In this document: positions 39,031 through 51,108 of the stretch, piece by piece
Layout: each line of letters starts with the position of its first letter
Numbering within the stretch: position 1 is the stretch's first letter
Made by a program: the position numbers and the translations under genes
The notes under the pieces: model-generated
Seen by the model: only the letters and a program-made list of their open reading frames with translations
What the model was told of the DNA's origin: nothing
Database searches by the model: none
NCBI GenBank assembly: GCA_951406725.2
Contig: OX597833.1
Span: forward strand, 36,518,001 to 36,582,000
DNA length: 64,000 nucleotides
From: Octopus vulgaris
Taxonomy: Eukaryota
Direction: 5' to 3'

Positions 39031-39930
39031 GCGCTTGGCATAGATTTTCTTTTGGGGCTGGCCAGGTCGGAGCAATCTCAAGATTAATCAGCCGAAATTG
39101 CGAGGATGATCCGCTTCTTGACTGAAGATTGAAGGCTTCAAATGTCCCGTCCGTGATTTTCGTATCGTCTTCTAAATGTTCTGCGTTCTTGTCCCAGTTT
39201 GTATTTTTTTACATATACATATATATATATATATATAGCGACGCCCGTACCCTTTTTGGTACATATGTAAGTACATATTTCTTTAAAACTTAGTACGACT
39301 CTATAATACTGTCTCTCTCCCCCCTCTCCTACATTTCTCTGCCTTTCACACTTTGCACTCCACTTTGATCTGTCTCTTTCTCTCTCTCTCTCTCTCTTCT
39401 CCTCTTCCTTTGTTCCTTGTTCCCCTTCTTTCTCTCTTCATCTGTCCCTCTTTTCCTCTCTCTTCTCCTTACGCGTGACTAGCCGACCGATTGCTAGCCT
39501 TTTCGTGGTCAGCAGCCGTTGCGGCAAGACACATTTTTTTCTCTCACTTGCCCTAAGGCATTTTTCTAACGCCATCTCAAAATTTACTCGTCCTGTCGAA
39601 AAGACGCTTGTCTGTGATGTCCTGTTCTTGTTTTTATTATTATCATAATTGTTTTTACGTATTTTTGTATTCTTATTCGTGTAACATCGTCCGGTTTTCC
39701 GTCCTTGTTTTGTATACAATTCGAGGCTTTCTTCCAAGGAATCTAATGCGCTTGGCTTAGATTTTCCTTTGGCGCTGGCCAGGTCGGAGCAATCTCAAGA
39801 TTAATCAGCCGAAATTGCGAGGATGATCCGGTTCTTGACTGAAGATTGAAGGCTTCGAATGTCCCGTCCGTGTTTTTTGTATCGTCTTCTAAATGTTTTG
39901 CGTTCTTGTCTCAGTTTGTATTTTTTTACA
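39028..39930 (+). mobile_element. Partial-tandem element with ~185-bp direct terminal repeats (39028-39212, 39745-39929); Penelope-like pseudo-LTR architecture (family P2)
   Basis: Two near-identical copies of AATGCGCTTGGC...GCCAGGTCGGAGCAATCTCAAGATTAATCAGCCGAAATTGCGAGGATGATCCG...GTATTTTTTTACATATACAT, each ending in (TA)n. A related solo copy lies at 58380-58527 (-). Confidence 0.65.
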
Positions 39931-39935
39931 TATAC

Positions 39936-39996
<61 letters not shown>

Positions 39997-40059
39997 GTGA
40001 AACTAATTAAGATTGAAACCATATGATAGTGATAGTATCATATCATATTGTAATAGAGA

Positions 40060-40258
40060 TGTTATTATTTCACTTTTGACACGTAATACCGAAACATTGT
40101 AAGAAATAAGAAATTGCTCTGGGCCCGCATTAGGCAAGAAGTTCCAAATGTTTTGATACTCCATGGACCCTAAGTAAGACGTGTAAAATTTGAATAAAAT
40201 CGGTTGGGTAGTTCTCGAATTTTAGTGACGAACACATACAGACACACATTCTCAGTTT

Positions 40259-40261
<3 letters not shown>
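40060..40261 (-). mobile_element. Helitron-like non-autonomous element, 5' portion
   Basis: The reverse complement begins ATAAAACTGAGAATGTGTGTCTGT...AACTACCCAACCGATTTT, similar in layout to the 5' end of 8296-8693. Confidence 0.45.
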
Positions 40262-40326
<65 letters not shown>

Positions 40327-40542
40327 CGAGGGGTGCTGAAAAGTTCCTGGCTTTAAGAGTATCACGATAGCTCTGGTTTGAGGCCCAATCTTCTGAGTTC
40401 TTTTAGGGGGCTTAGAAAAACTGAAGGACCACTGCAATAAGTGTGTGAATCTGAGCGGGGTAATATGTTGAATAAGGTTATAATTAACTGATCCTTCTGT
40501 ATTTTCTTTTACCCAAAGCCAGGAGCTTTTCAACATCCCTCG
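40327..40542 (+). mobile_element. mariner-derived MITE
   Basis: TA|CGAGGGGTGCTGAAAAGTTCCTGGCTTT ... AAAGCCAGGAGCTTTTCAACATCCCTCG|TA (28-bp TIRs, TA TSD). The interior retains the transposase C-terminus GLEKLKDHCNKCVNL...YVE*. Confidence 0.9.
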
Positions 40543-40852
40543 TATGTATGTGTGTGTTTGTGTTTGTGTGTGCATTATGTTTGTAAGCATGTATATGTAA
40601 ATATGTGTATATATATATGTGTTCGTGTATGTGTGAATATATGCACGTTTGCATATAATTATTTAAGTGTATGGAGAAAGAGACAAGGAGAGCAACAAAC
40701 AGTCAGAGAAGGATAAAATAGAGGGTTCCATCTCACCTTGAAGTATCGCATTGTTCTCACAATGTAGTAGCCATAACCAATAAATATAATTTATAACAGT
40801 CGAGGCTTATCATGCCATTTGATGATTGTGTAGTGACCACGTATAACTAATA

Positions 40853-41941
40853 CTAGCAAATCTACCCATCTACGATAGAGGCATAAAATGAGGGGTGGGA
40901 TGAGTCATAACAGCAGTATGTTTTGAGAAATATGTAAATGGACTTGATAGATTACTGGGTGATGTCTTAGAGAAACCACATTATTGTTGGTGATACAGCA
41001 TTCTATTGCAGCTATATGACACATGTTAGCGACTAAGTGCCATGTGATGATGATTTATTCTCGAACTGAAATAGGCTCCCAGCCTCAGTATCATGAATGG
41101 TTATGTGGACCAATCCTAACGAAAGCCAGAGCTTCCTGCGACCACTACATAAAAAAGGATTTTAAAAAATGTTATTTAGATATACTTTTATCTTAGTTGT
41201 TTACAGTATTTTACGCTTGTTTATACTCTTACACATTCAAAGTTCACAAATTTCCTTATTTAAACTATGAATCATATTCCTTTCGATAATATCAATATGA
41301 TTACCAAACTTCTTTGTAGATGATATTTTCTGTTTGGTCGACACTAATTTTCAAATTACTGAAGTCCGCTGCTCTACTCATAGCGACGTAGAACTGGCTG
41401 TGTGTAAATATCGGAGGGGGTAAAAATACACCCACATGATCTAAAGACTGGTCCTGTGCCTAGTTTGCTGTGAATGCTCGAACGGAACCTTTAGGGTTGC
41501 AAAAAATCAAACTAAGACTTACCTCTCACTATTCTATGCGAATAACGTCTGAATGTTCTGGTTTGATTGACAAAACTGAAATGTAAACAACAGCCGCTTC
41601 GATTAGCCGTTTCGAATCTTGCCTGAGACTGACACACTTCAATAACCACTAAATAATCACACGCTATATACTGACAAACACTTTTTCCATTTTATTTTCG
41701 CTATAAACTGTCCTCGAGACCCCCTTCGTACCTACGATGGGGCCACGAACTATACAATGAAAATCCAGAGTTACTCGTGGTCGGTGAATTTTTAATAAAA
41801 ATGCGAAGGTGGTTTATCAATTCAAAAATCGATATCCACGAAATAATATCCGTGAAAAGGGAACTGACAGACAGACGAACAGACAGACAGATAGACAGAT
41901 GGACAGACAGACAAACGAACATAACGCCCATTATAGTAAGA
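40853..41941 (-). mobile_element. Putative non-autonomous Helitron
   Basis: The minus strand starts A|TCTTACTATAAT followed by (TCTG)n, and ends with a decayed hairpin (..ATCGTAGATGGG) then CTAG|T at 40853. Confidence 0.6.
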
Positions 41942-42422
41942 TGTTGACGTATAGTCTCAAGTTGCCCAGTATAGGCAAAAACATGAATACGGATATTATT
42001 AGGTATCTGCTAACAGTGGAGAGTATTTTCCAAAGCCGGCTTAGAAACTAGATGAAACAGTTATGCATTTCAGAATCTAAAGACAAAAGAGCGACTATAA
42101 TATTGATAATTTTAAGTTCAAATTTTGTATGTTTTATATTATTCAGTTAATTTTTGCTATGATTCACAAACACCATTCGAATGCAGTTTAATATTATGAT
42201 CAGATAAATTCTTCTTGAATATTCTAAAATATTAGATTCTATAAAATGAAACTTTCTCGACAAAATAAAAAGAAGAAAAAAAGAAGAAAAATCAATTTGA
42301 CAAAAAATTCAAAATATAAATATGAAAAAAAAAACACCGAGAATTTTCTGGTGGAAAAAATATTTTGTAAAACAAAATACGCTTGCAATTAATGTTCTTG
42401 CAAAGAAAAAAATGACTTTTGC

Positions 42423-42441
42423 TAATAATAATAATAATAAC

Positions 42442-42525
<84 letters not shown>

Positions 42526-42528
42526 TAC

Positions 42529-42600
<72 letters not shown>

Positions 42601-42606
42601 TATTAC

Positions 42607-42688
<82 letters not shown>
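42423..42688. repeat. (AAT)n switching to (ATT)n: self-complementary trinucleotide array
   Basis: Direct reading; switch at ~42487. Confidence 0.95.
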
Positions 42689-43746
42689 GTAATTCTTGTA
42701 AATCAATAAAGTAACAAAGAAACAGTCTCTTGCAAATGTAAGATTCTTGCAAAAGAAAAATCTGTTGAAAATAGATTCTTAAAAAAAAAACAAAAAATGA
42801 AAGGCAGGTTTTACAAAATAATCATTTCCGTGGAAGATAATTTATTGCAAAAGAAATCATCAAAATTTATTGCAGTATTAATAGAAATGTCGCATGAGGT
42901 TAATCTTAAACTTTTTATTGTTTACAATCTTACACATATTTCTATATTCTATAGTTGCAGCATTTTAGATTTCTGCTTAATTTCGTTGGCCTATTAGAGA
43001 AAACAATAATGGTATACAAAAGAAGGCAGTCGTAAATATCAATGGAGATTGACAGAGAGTGAGAGACTAATGTAAGCTCTGGAAGAGAGCAAGAGCAACT
43101 GTGACAGACTTTGTGATATATGATGGGCATAATATTGGAGAGGAGTAATCTGAGGTAAAGAGAAATACACCATAGGTGGACATTAAACAAGAGATTGATA
43201 CATAGCCACACTAAACTGGAGAGTGCTACAAGGTAAATAGATATAACTAAATGTAGATAGAAGTATTAAAATCACTTGTAAAGTAAGGAAAGCTAAATTG
43301 TTGGCCGCCATAGTAGACACGTTGCAGAACAGGAGTGCAAGAAAAAGGGATGATAGTAATATCTGACAAGTGGGTGCATACAGCATACAATATAGCTGCT
43401 GTTGCACGCACTTCCATTGGTCGCACTCTCATGTGCATATCATTGCACTTGTCGCAAATATTCCAGCTTTGTAATATTGCGTAAATAGCCTGAAGCTTTC
43501 TACAGCTGCTTTTTCAACAGACGACAGTTTCACTTCCATATCCACTTGCATTCTTGATATTCCTTCACCTCTTTCTCTCTCTCTTTCTCTATCCCCCTTC
43601 TCTCTCTCTTTCTTCTTTCTCATTCTCTCTCTCCTTCTCTCTCTCTCTCTCTTTCTCTATGTATATCTCACCCACTATATAGATAGGCGGGTAGACAGAC
43701 AGACAATCAGACAGGCAGCAGACAGGCAGCAGACAGAGAGACTGAC

Positions 43747-43798
<52 letters not shown>

Positions 43799-43848
43799 GG
43801 ATGGATGGATGAATGGATGGATGGATGGATAGATAGATAGACAGACAT

Positions 43849-43897
<49 letters not shown>

Positions 43898-43910
43898 TAG
43901 ATAGATAGAT

Positions 43911-44143
43911 AAGTTTCTTTATTGGCCACACAGGGCTGCACACAGATGGGACAAGTTACAAGGTAGAGCTTTTCTTTTGGGGGATAAAGAGAACAAAAAA
44001 CAAAAGAAAAAAAAGGGGTGGCGTAGGTTTTCGATCAAGAGGGATCGTAAAAGGGAAGAAAAGAACAAAAACAAAAAAACAAAAAAATGAATAAAATAAA
44101 AAGAATAAAAAGAAAAAAGAAAAGGAAAAGGAACAAAAGGAAA
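43911..44143 (-). mobile_element. 5'-truncated retroelement 3' UTR embedded in (GATA)n; last ~45 nt resemble SINE A tail 1
   Basis: The reverse complement ends TTGTCCCATCTGTGTGCAGCCCTGTGTGGCCAATAAAGAAAC, and (GATA)n flanks both sides. Confidence 0.6.
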
Positions 44144-44151
44144 GATAGATG

Positions 44152-44230
<79 letters not shown>

Positions 44231-44231
44231 C

Positions 44232-44302
<71 letters not shown>

Positions 44303-45374
44303 CAGACAGTGATTCCCTTTACTTTTCAGTTGCGCTATTCCTTTCTCGGTTGCTTTCTCTGTCTGTCAATCTCTGTTTATGCTTCTCCTTTAAAAGGATT
44401 CAGACCCTTTGTTACTTTTGCTTTTTCTCACCATGTCCTCCTTCTCATTCACTCTCTTTCCTTTTATCTCTTCCTCTATCTTTTTCTCACACGCACCTGC
44501 ACATACGTGTTACATGTGTGTTGCACAAATACACATACTTACATATCTGTTTATCACAATATAGGTAGATTTTTTTTTATATCCTCGCCGATTATGCAAG
44601 ATGGATTTTAACACACAGCCAATGAAACTTCAATTACAAAGCTTTAGCAAGTCGATGCTGTGATAGACGGCGCCAACTCAGATCACCGCGCAGAGGTCAT
44701 TGACCTCACAATTTCAAGGGATGAAGAGCATTCCTTAATTACGTATATGCGCTCTATATCTAAACGTCTCCTATCTTTTCAAATATTGATCATTAAATTT
44801 CTTTCTGTCTGTCTCTCACTTTCTTTCTCTCTCATACACACACACACACGCGCACACACACACACACACACGCACACACACACACACACACGCACGCACG
44901 CACACACACACACAGGGGGTGAAGCGACAGATTGATCGATTGCTTGTTTGCTTGCTTGCTGCTTGCTTGCTTGATTTATTGTTTGATTGATAGGTCGACA
45001 AACAGATAATTTAACTTTTAAAAGGAAGAGATTGGCAGCCTTCATCAGAGGGTCTGATAATGATGGGCAACCAAAAACTTTGTGATCACTTTTCGTTATG
45101 AAAGTAAATAAATATGTACTCTACTAAAAAAAAAAAAAAAGTATTCAGCAATCCTTCAGTTTAATGTCAAATGGTTTTGAAAGTAGAATGATTTCAAGAG
45201 CTACAATTTGGCTGTTGGAGTGAAAATGTTAAGTGTAGGTGTTTTCGATTGTGGAATGAAATATTGGAGACAACATTGTCTAAGTAGGACTAGGTAACTA
45301 TAACGTGTTGAAAGATTATTGTATTTATATGTCGATGAGAATTTTTTTCTTTCTTTTTTTACTAGAATTAATAT

Positions 45375-45608
45375 ATATTTCTTTACTGCCCACAAGGGGC
45401 TAAACATAGAGGGGACAAACAAGGACAGACAAACGGATTAAGTCGATTAAATCGACCCCAGTGCGAAACTGGTACTTTATTTATCGACCTCGAAAGGATG
45501 AAAGGCAAAGTCGACCTCGGCGGAATTTGAACTCAGAACGTAACGGCAGACGAAATACGACTACGCATTTCGCCCGGCGTGCTAACGTTTCTGCCAGCTC
45601 GCCGCCTT
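45375..45608 (-). mobile_element. SINE family A monomer, tail type 1, young-looking
   Basis: Reverse complement of 15094-15326; AGAATTAATATA repeated on both flanks (probable TSD). Confidence 0.92.
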
Positions 45609-46189
45609 TATTAAGAATTAATATAGTTTAATCCACTGTATCCACTGTGTCCACTGTACAAGTCATTTAACGAGCTAAACCAAATCCTATTCTTCCTGTT
45701 TGGTTTGGTTTAGTGTATCGTGGAAGAGAGTTTGCTCTTCGTATACCAGCTTCTCTTTGATTATGTTTTATGCTAGCGCATCATTACGAAAAGAGGTATC
45801 CCATATTAAAGTTATCCCTATCTGAAGACAACTCAAAGACACCTAATTATTCAAGCTGAGCCATATACAAATGTCCTAATTATGGCTACTGGAGGATTTT
45901 GGAGGGTTGTATATGGTGCTTTTGTTTGTTGGTTTTTGCATAGTATTGTCGATCTAGCTTGGTATCTAAGAAGATGGCTATCATTATCTTAAATTTATGC
46001 TACTTAAATATTTCAGTTAAATTCTTTCGAAAATAGGCTATGGTTTGATATTAATAATGATTTCAAACTTTGGCAGAAGGTCAGCAAATTCGGAATAGGG
46101 TATAGGTCTATTACATCGACCCCAGTACTAAACTGGTTCTTATTTTATTAACTCCTAGAGTGTGAATTGTAGTTCACTGGTGGTTAATT

Positions 46190-46440
46190 TATTACCAACC
46201 TCCAGCCTGTTGTTAATTTGAAGCCCTAGTCTGTCTATGAGGATAGCTTCCTTAATTCTTAGATTACCTAAATTTCTTTGGCCTCAATTGTGACTGTTAT
46301 GCCTTTGTCGGTGTTCCGGCATCTGTCTAGATGTTTTCTGAAGGAGGAGGCTCTCGTGTTCAGATGTTTTGTTGTGCTACCCACATAGAACTTGCTGCAT
46401 TTGTTACTTTGTATTCTATACACAACATTTACCCGTTGGC
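46190..46440 (-). mobile_element. Penelope-like element GIY-YIG endonuclease fragment
   Basis: NVVYRIQSNKCSKFYVGSTTKHLNTR (VVY...C..FYVG.T....R pattern), followed by LRIKEAILI...IN. Confidence 0.75.
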
Positions 46441-47181
46441 ATAAATATGTATATATGAGCATATTTAGATATGCAACTATATGCATGAGAATACATACAT
46501 AAAACATACATACATAAATACATACATATATACATACATACAAAGAAAAATACCATGGTGTTGATGTTGAAATTCCAATGAAAGAGCCTTGGATCTAGGT
46601 TAGAAACCGGCTCTCTCTATTGGTATGAAATCTTAAAATAAACTGAATAACGACATACATACATACATACGTACATATATACATACATACAAACATACGT
46701 ACATACGTATATATTAGTATATCAGTATACGAATATTTTTCTGTATTCATATATGTGTAAATACACACACATCTATACACATACACACACAATATACGTT
46801 CCTATGTTTTGTGGACTATATTGCAATAAGCCTCTCGTGACATGTGTTCTGTTGTTGTTAACCCATGTCAGGGCACTCTTCAGAGTCATTAAAAATTTAA
46901 GAATATTTACATGTAACTTTTTATTGCTGTTCAATTGTGTGACCTTGGATACTTTACAAAGAATATGAGGATTTCATTCAACGAGTTCTACACGAAGATG
47001 CTACTGAAGAAGACGATCGAACATTTCTGATGATTGCTGGGGTTATCTCATCTCCTTTATGAAACGCCGTGATAATGTAACATATACGACAATATGATAT
47101 TGTACTCTGTTGTTCTTGATATTATAATTATTACTGTTGTTGTTGTTGTTATTTATAATAATAATAATAACAATAATAATC

Positions 47182-47220
<39 letters not shown>

Positions 47221-47252
47221 TTAAAAATAATAATAATAATAATAATAACAAC

Positions 47253-47289
<37 letters not shown>

Positions 47290-47290
<1 letters not shown>

Positions 47291-47412
47291 TGAACGAACT
47301 ACTGAGTTTGGTTTAATGGCCTACCAATATACACTATGAGTTTCTTTGCCCTAGGAGTCGGGAAGACACTCGGCAAGAAATGGAAGAAAATTTGAAAGAA
47401 GAAGAAAAAAAA
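47290..47412 (+). mobile_element. Short retroelement 3'-end remnant inserted in (AAT)n
   Basis: Unique block with an A-rich end between (AAT)n tracts. Confidence 0.4.
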
Positions 47413-47446
<34 letters not shown>

Positions 47447-47448
<2 letters not shown>

Positions 47449-48001
47449 GCCCTGATGCAGTACCAGGCAGTGGCTCTCATGGCTTCTGATCTTAACTGAT
47501 TGGAAGTGTTATCATGTACATTGTTTTGTCTTGGTATAAAAGATGGGCTAGAGCAAATATTCTGCTCAATACCACAGATTTGCTTGTCAGTTGTTTGACC
47601 TTAACCAGTTGAGCATGTCCCTTAGTGGCTGACGATATGTGCATCTCTGATCACGAGCAGAAGTAGTGGGGAGCATCATAGCCATGTGTTGAGAGGGATT
47701 CTTTGGCGTTTGAATAATTCACCTCTGGAAACATGGGTGGTTCTTTCAACATCCTTAAACAACCCTTATTCAGGGACCTTTTGAGCGGGATGGGCTACTC
47801 AACCTGAAGAAAATTCTAACTGGGCCCCACCTGCAAGGTCATGTGCTGTTTATCTTGATATGAGATCACCATGTCGCGCACATATGGTTGTGATGCATGT
47901 GCCTGGTGTACCTTTATCAGACGGGTAGTAATGATGGGTATATTGGGCTTCGTATATTTTACCCCAGTGTCACTTTGATGGCATGCACTGCTCTCTCACT
48001 C
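47447..48001 (+). mobile_element. ~555-bp non-coding element flanked by (AAT)n (candidate non-autonomous Dong/R4-dependent retroposon), copy 1
   Basis: Starts ATGCCCTGATGCAGTACCAGGC and ends GCTCTCTCACTC-(AAT)n; repeated at 48038-48591. Confidence 0.8.
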
Positions 48002-48037
48002 AATAATAATAATAATAATAATAATGATAATAATAAA

Positions 48038-48591
48038 ACTGCCCTGATGCAACATCAGGCAATGGCTCTCATGGCTTCTGATCTTAACTAATTGGAAGTG
48101 TTATCATGTACATTGTTTTGTCTTGATTGAGATGGACTACAGCAAATATTCTGCTCAATACCACAGATTTGCTTGTCAGTTGTTTGACCTTAACCAGTTG
48201 AGCATGTCCCTTAGTGAATGGCAATATATGCATCTTTGATCACAAGCAGAAGTAGTGGGGGAGCATCATAACCGTGTGTTGAAAGAAATTCTTTGGGATT
48301 TGAATAATTCACGTCTAGAAACATGGGTGTTTCGTTCATCATCCTGAAACAAACCTTATTCACGGATCTTTTGAGCGGGATGGGCTACTCAACCTGAAGA
48401 AAATCTAACTGGTCCCCATCTGTAAGCTCATATGCTGTTTATCTTAATATAAGATCACCATGTCGCGCACATATGGTTGTGATGGATGTGCCTGGTGTAC
48501 CCTTATCAGACGGGTAGTCGTGATGGGTGTATTGGGCTTCGTATAATTATACCCCTGTGTCACTTTGATGGTATGTGCTGCTCTCTCACTC
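48038..48591 (+). mobile_element. Same ~555-bp element, copy 2 (diverged from copy 1)
   Basis: Colinear with copy 1, with scattered substitutions and small indels; (AAT)n on both sides. Confidence 0.8.
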
Positions 48592-48643
<52 letters not shown>

Positions 48644-49016
48644 GTAATAATAATAATATGATATATGTGTGTATGTATATAATATACACACATACATGTG
48701 TGTGTACGTGTGCATGTGCGCTTATATAAGTTTGTGTTTGTGTGGTGGGGGAGAGTGCATGTGCGTGCGTGTGCGTGCGTATGTGTGTGCGCACGTGTGT
48801 ATACATAGATACATACATGCAGAGAGAGACAAACAGAGAGACAGGGACAGATATATTATAATTTAACATATATGCATTTATTAATTGTTCAACGGCGGTG
48901 CAACAGCATGGCCGCAGCTCTGAGCTGAAACTAGAAAAAAAGAAGAAAAAATGTGTGCGCGTTTGAAGGTGTTTATGTATATGGTTATTACACGTGTGTG
49001 TGTGTGTGTGTATGTA

Positions 49017-49084
<68 letters not shown>

Positions 49085-49277
49085 CATATATGTATATGAA
49101 TATATATATAATGTATATGTTTATGTATATATACATATGTATATGTATATGTATATGCATATATATGTATATACATATATGCATATATGTATATATCTAT
49201 ATATATAGGAAGAGATATAGATATACATAAATATATAAATATGTATGTATAAACATACATACAGAGAGGGATATCGG

Positions 49278-49340
<63 letters not shown>

Positions 49341-49837
49341 GTATATTTATCTCTCTCTTCCTCTCTGTATATATATATATATATACGACCTGAACATGTT
49401 ATACAAGTGTGTATTCTGTCTGTGTCTGTGTGTCGGTGACCAACAGACATAGACAAAGAAGAATGATAGATAAGTTCGAAAGAAAGCATTAGTTTATATT
49501 TGTAGAAATGAATGCATAAGGATGTGTGTGTATGCTTGTGGCGGGTGCGTGTTTGTGTGTGTGTGTGTGTGTGTGCGTGTATGCATACGAGCGTGCGTAT
49601 ATGAGAGCCGGTTGAAGTGTAAGGGATATAAACATTAACGTTTTTGTTCACTTCATTTAATCACCCAGACAGTAGAAGCGGGTGTACACCAATACATAAA
49701 TGAGTTTAGAATGGGCGATTTAATTGCGAAGTAAAAGGTAAAATTTAGCAAGATTTCAAAATGAGTGTTCGTGTATGTTGTATACATGTATGAGGGTTAT
49801 GTGTTGCTATCCTGGTGATGTTTTTTATTAACTCTAT

Positions 49838-50009
49838 ATGTGCAGGAGTGGCTGTGTGGTAAGTAGCTTGTTTACCAACCACATGGTTCCGGGTTCAGTC
49901 CCACTGCGTGGCACCTTGGGCAAGTGTCTTCTGCTATAGCCTCGGGCCGACCAAAGCCTTGTGAGTGGATTTGGTAGACGGAAACTGAAAGAAGCCTGTC
50001 GTATATATG

Positions 50010-50050
<41 letters not shown>

Positions 50051-50283
50051 TCTGTGTGTGTATGTTTGTGTGTCTGTGTTTGTCCCTCTAGCATTGCTTG
50101 ACAACCGATGCTGGTGTGTTTATGTCCCCGTCACTTAGTGGTTCGGCAAAAGAGACCGATAGAATAAGTACTAGGCTTACAAAGAATAAGTCCCGGGGTC
50201 GATTTGCTCGACTAAAAGGCGGTGCTCCAGCATGGCCGCAGTCAAATGACTGAAACAAGTAAAAGAGTAAAAGAGAGTAAAGA
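49838..50283 (+). mobile_element. SINE family B, full length
   Basis: A/B boxes, CORE-like GGCACCTTGGGCAAGT, central (TA)n(TG)n, tail (AGAGTAAA)n. Confidence 0.92.
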
Positions 50284-50404
50284 GTGCCTAATCTAAATAT
50301 CCTTTGTTAAAAAAAATCATTCTTTCCATAATTGACTCGTTACTTTGTTCGAGAATTCTGTAACTTAGACGTTGCTCGATATGCCTATCTTCAGGACTCT
50401 AGAT

Positions 50405-51108
50405 CAGTGGTTCTCAACCGAGGTCCATATGACCCCCTGGGGGTCCATATAAAATTCAGGTTGGTGAGAGGCACGTAGCAAATTAGTTAATTGGGGATCA
50501 ACAACAGTATTTTAATGGCCCCTAAAAAAATTTTGCTTTAGATGTAATGGTAGAAAGGAGCACTCCGTCGGTTGCGACGACGAGGGTCCCAGCTGATACG
50601 ATCAACGGAACAGCTTGATCGGGAAATTAACGTGCAAGTGGCTCAGCACCCCACAAACACGTGTACCCTTAACGTAGTTCTCGGGGAGATTCAGCGTGAC
50701 ACAAAGTGCGACAAGGCTGGCCCTTTGAAATACAGGCACTACTCATTTTTGCCAGCTCAGTGGACTGGAGCAACGTGAAATAAAGTGTCTTGCTCAAGGA
50801 CGCAACGCGCCGCCGGGAATTGAACTCACGACCTTACGATCATGAGCCGAATGCCCCTAACCACTAAGCCACGCGCCTTCACTAGATGTATTGGTATGTA
50901 TTGCAAGAAACAGCGAGGTTTCTCTCTCTAACATTTTACATAGTTCAACATAGACAAGTTAATGTGTGAAAAAAAAAAAAATGAATTTTGGAAAAAGTTT
51001 TTATATAATTAGTTTTTGAACATCAAATGGTTATGGGGGAAGGGTCTGCCAGAATAAAATAATTATCAAAGGGCTCCATAAGTAAAAAAGAAAGGTTGAG
51101 AACCACTG
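50405..51108. mobile_element. hAT (Charlie/MER5-like) MITE interrupted by a SINE
   Basis: Perfect 15-bp TIRs CAGTGGTTCTCAACC / GGTTGAGAACCACTG. The flanking 8-mers CTCTAGAT and GTCTAAAG look like a decayed TSD of the NTCTAGAN type. Confidence 0.88.
50553..50882 (-). mobile_element. SINE family D (tRNA head + CORE-like TCCTTGAGCAAGAC), full length with TSD
   Basis: A box TGGCTTAGTGG and B box GAGTTCAATTCCC; flanked by TAGATGTAATGGTA (50539-50552) and TAGATGTATTGGTA (50883-50896). Confidence 0.92.
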
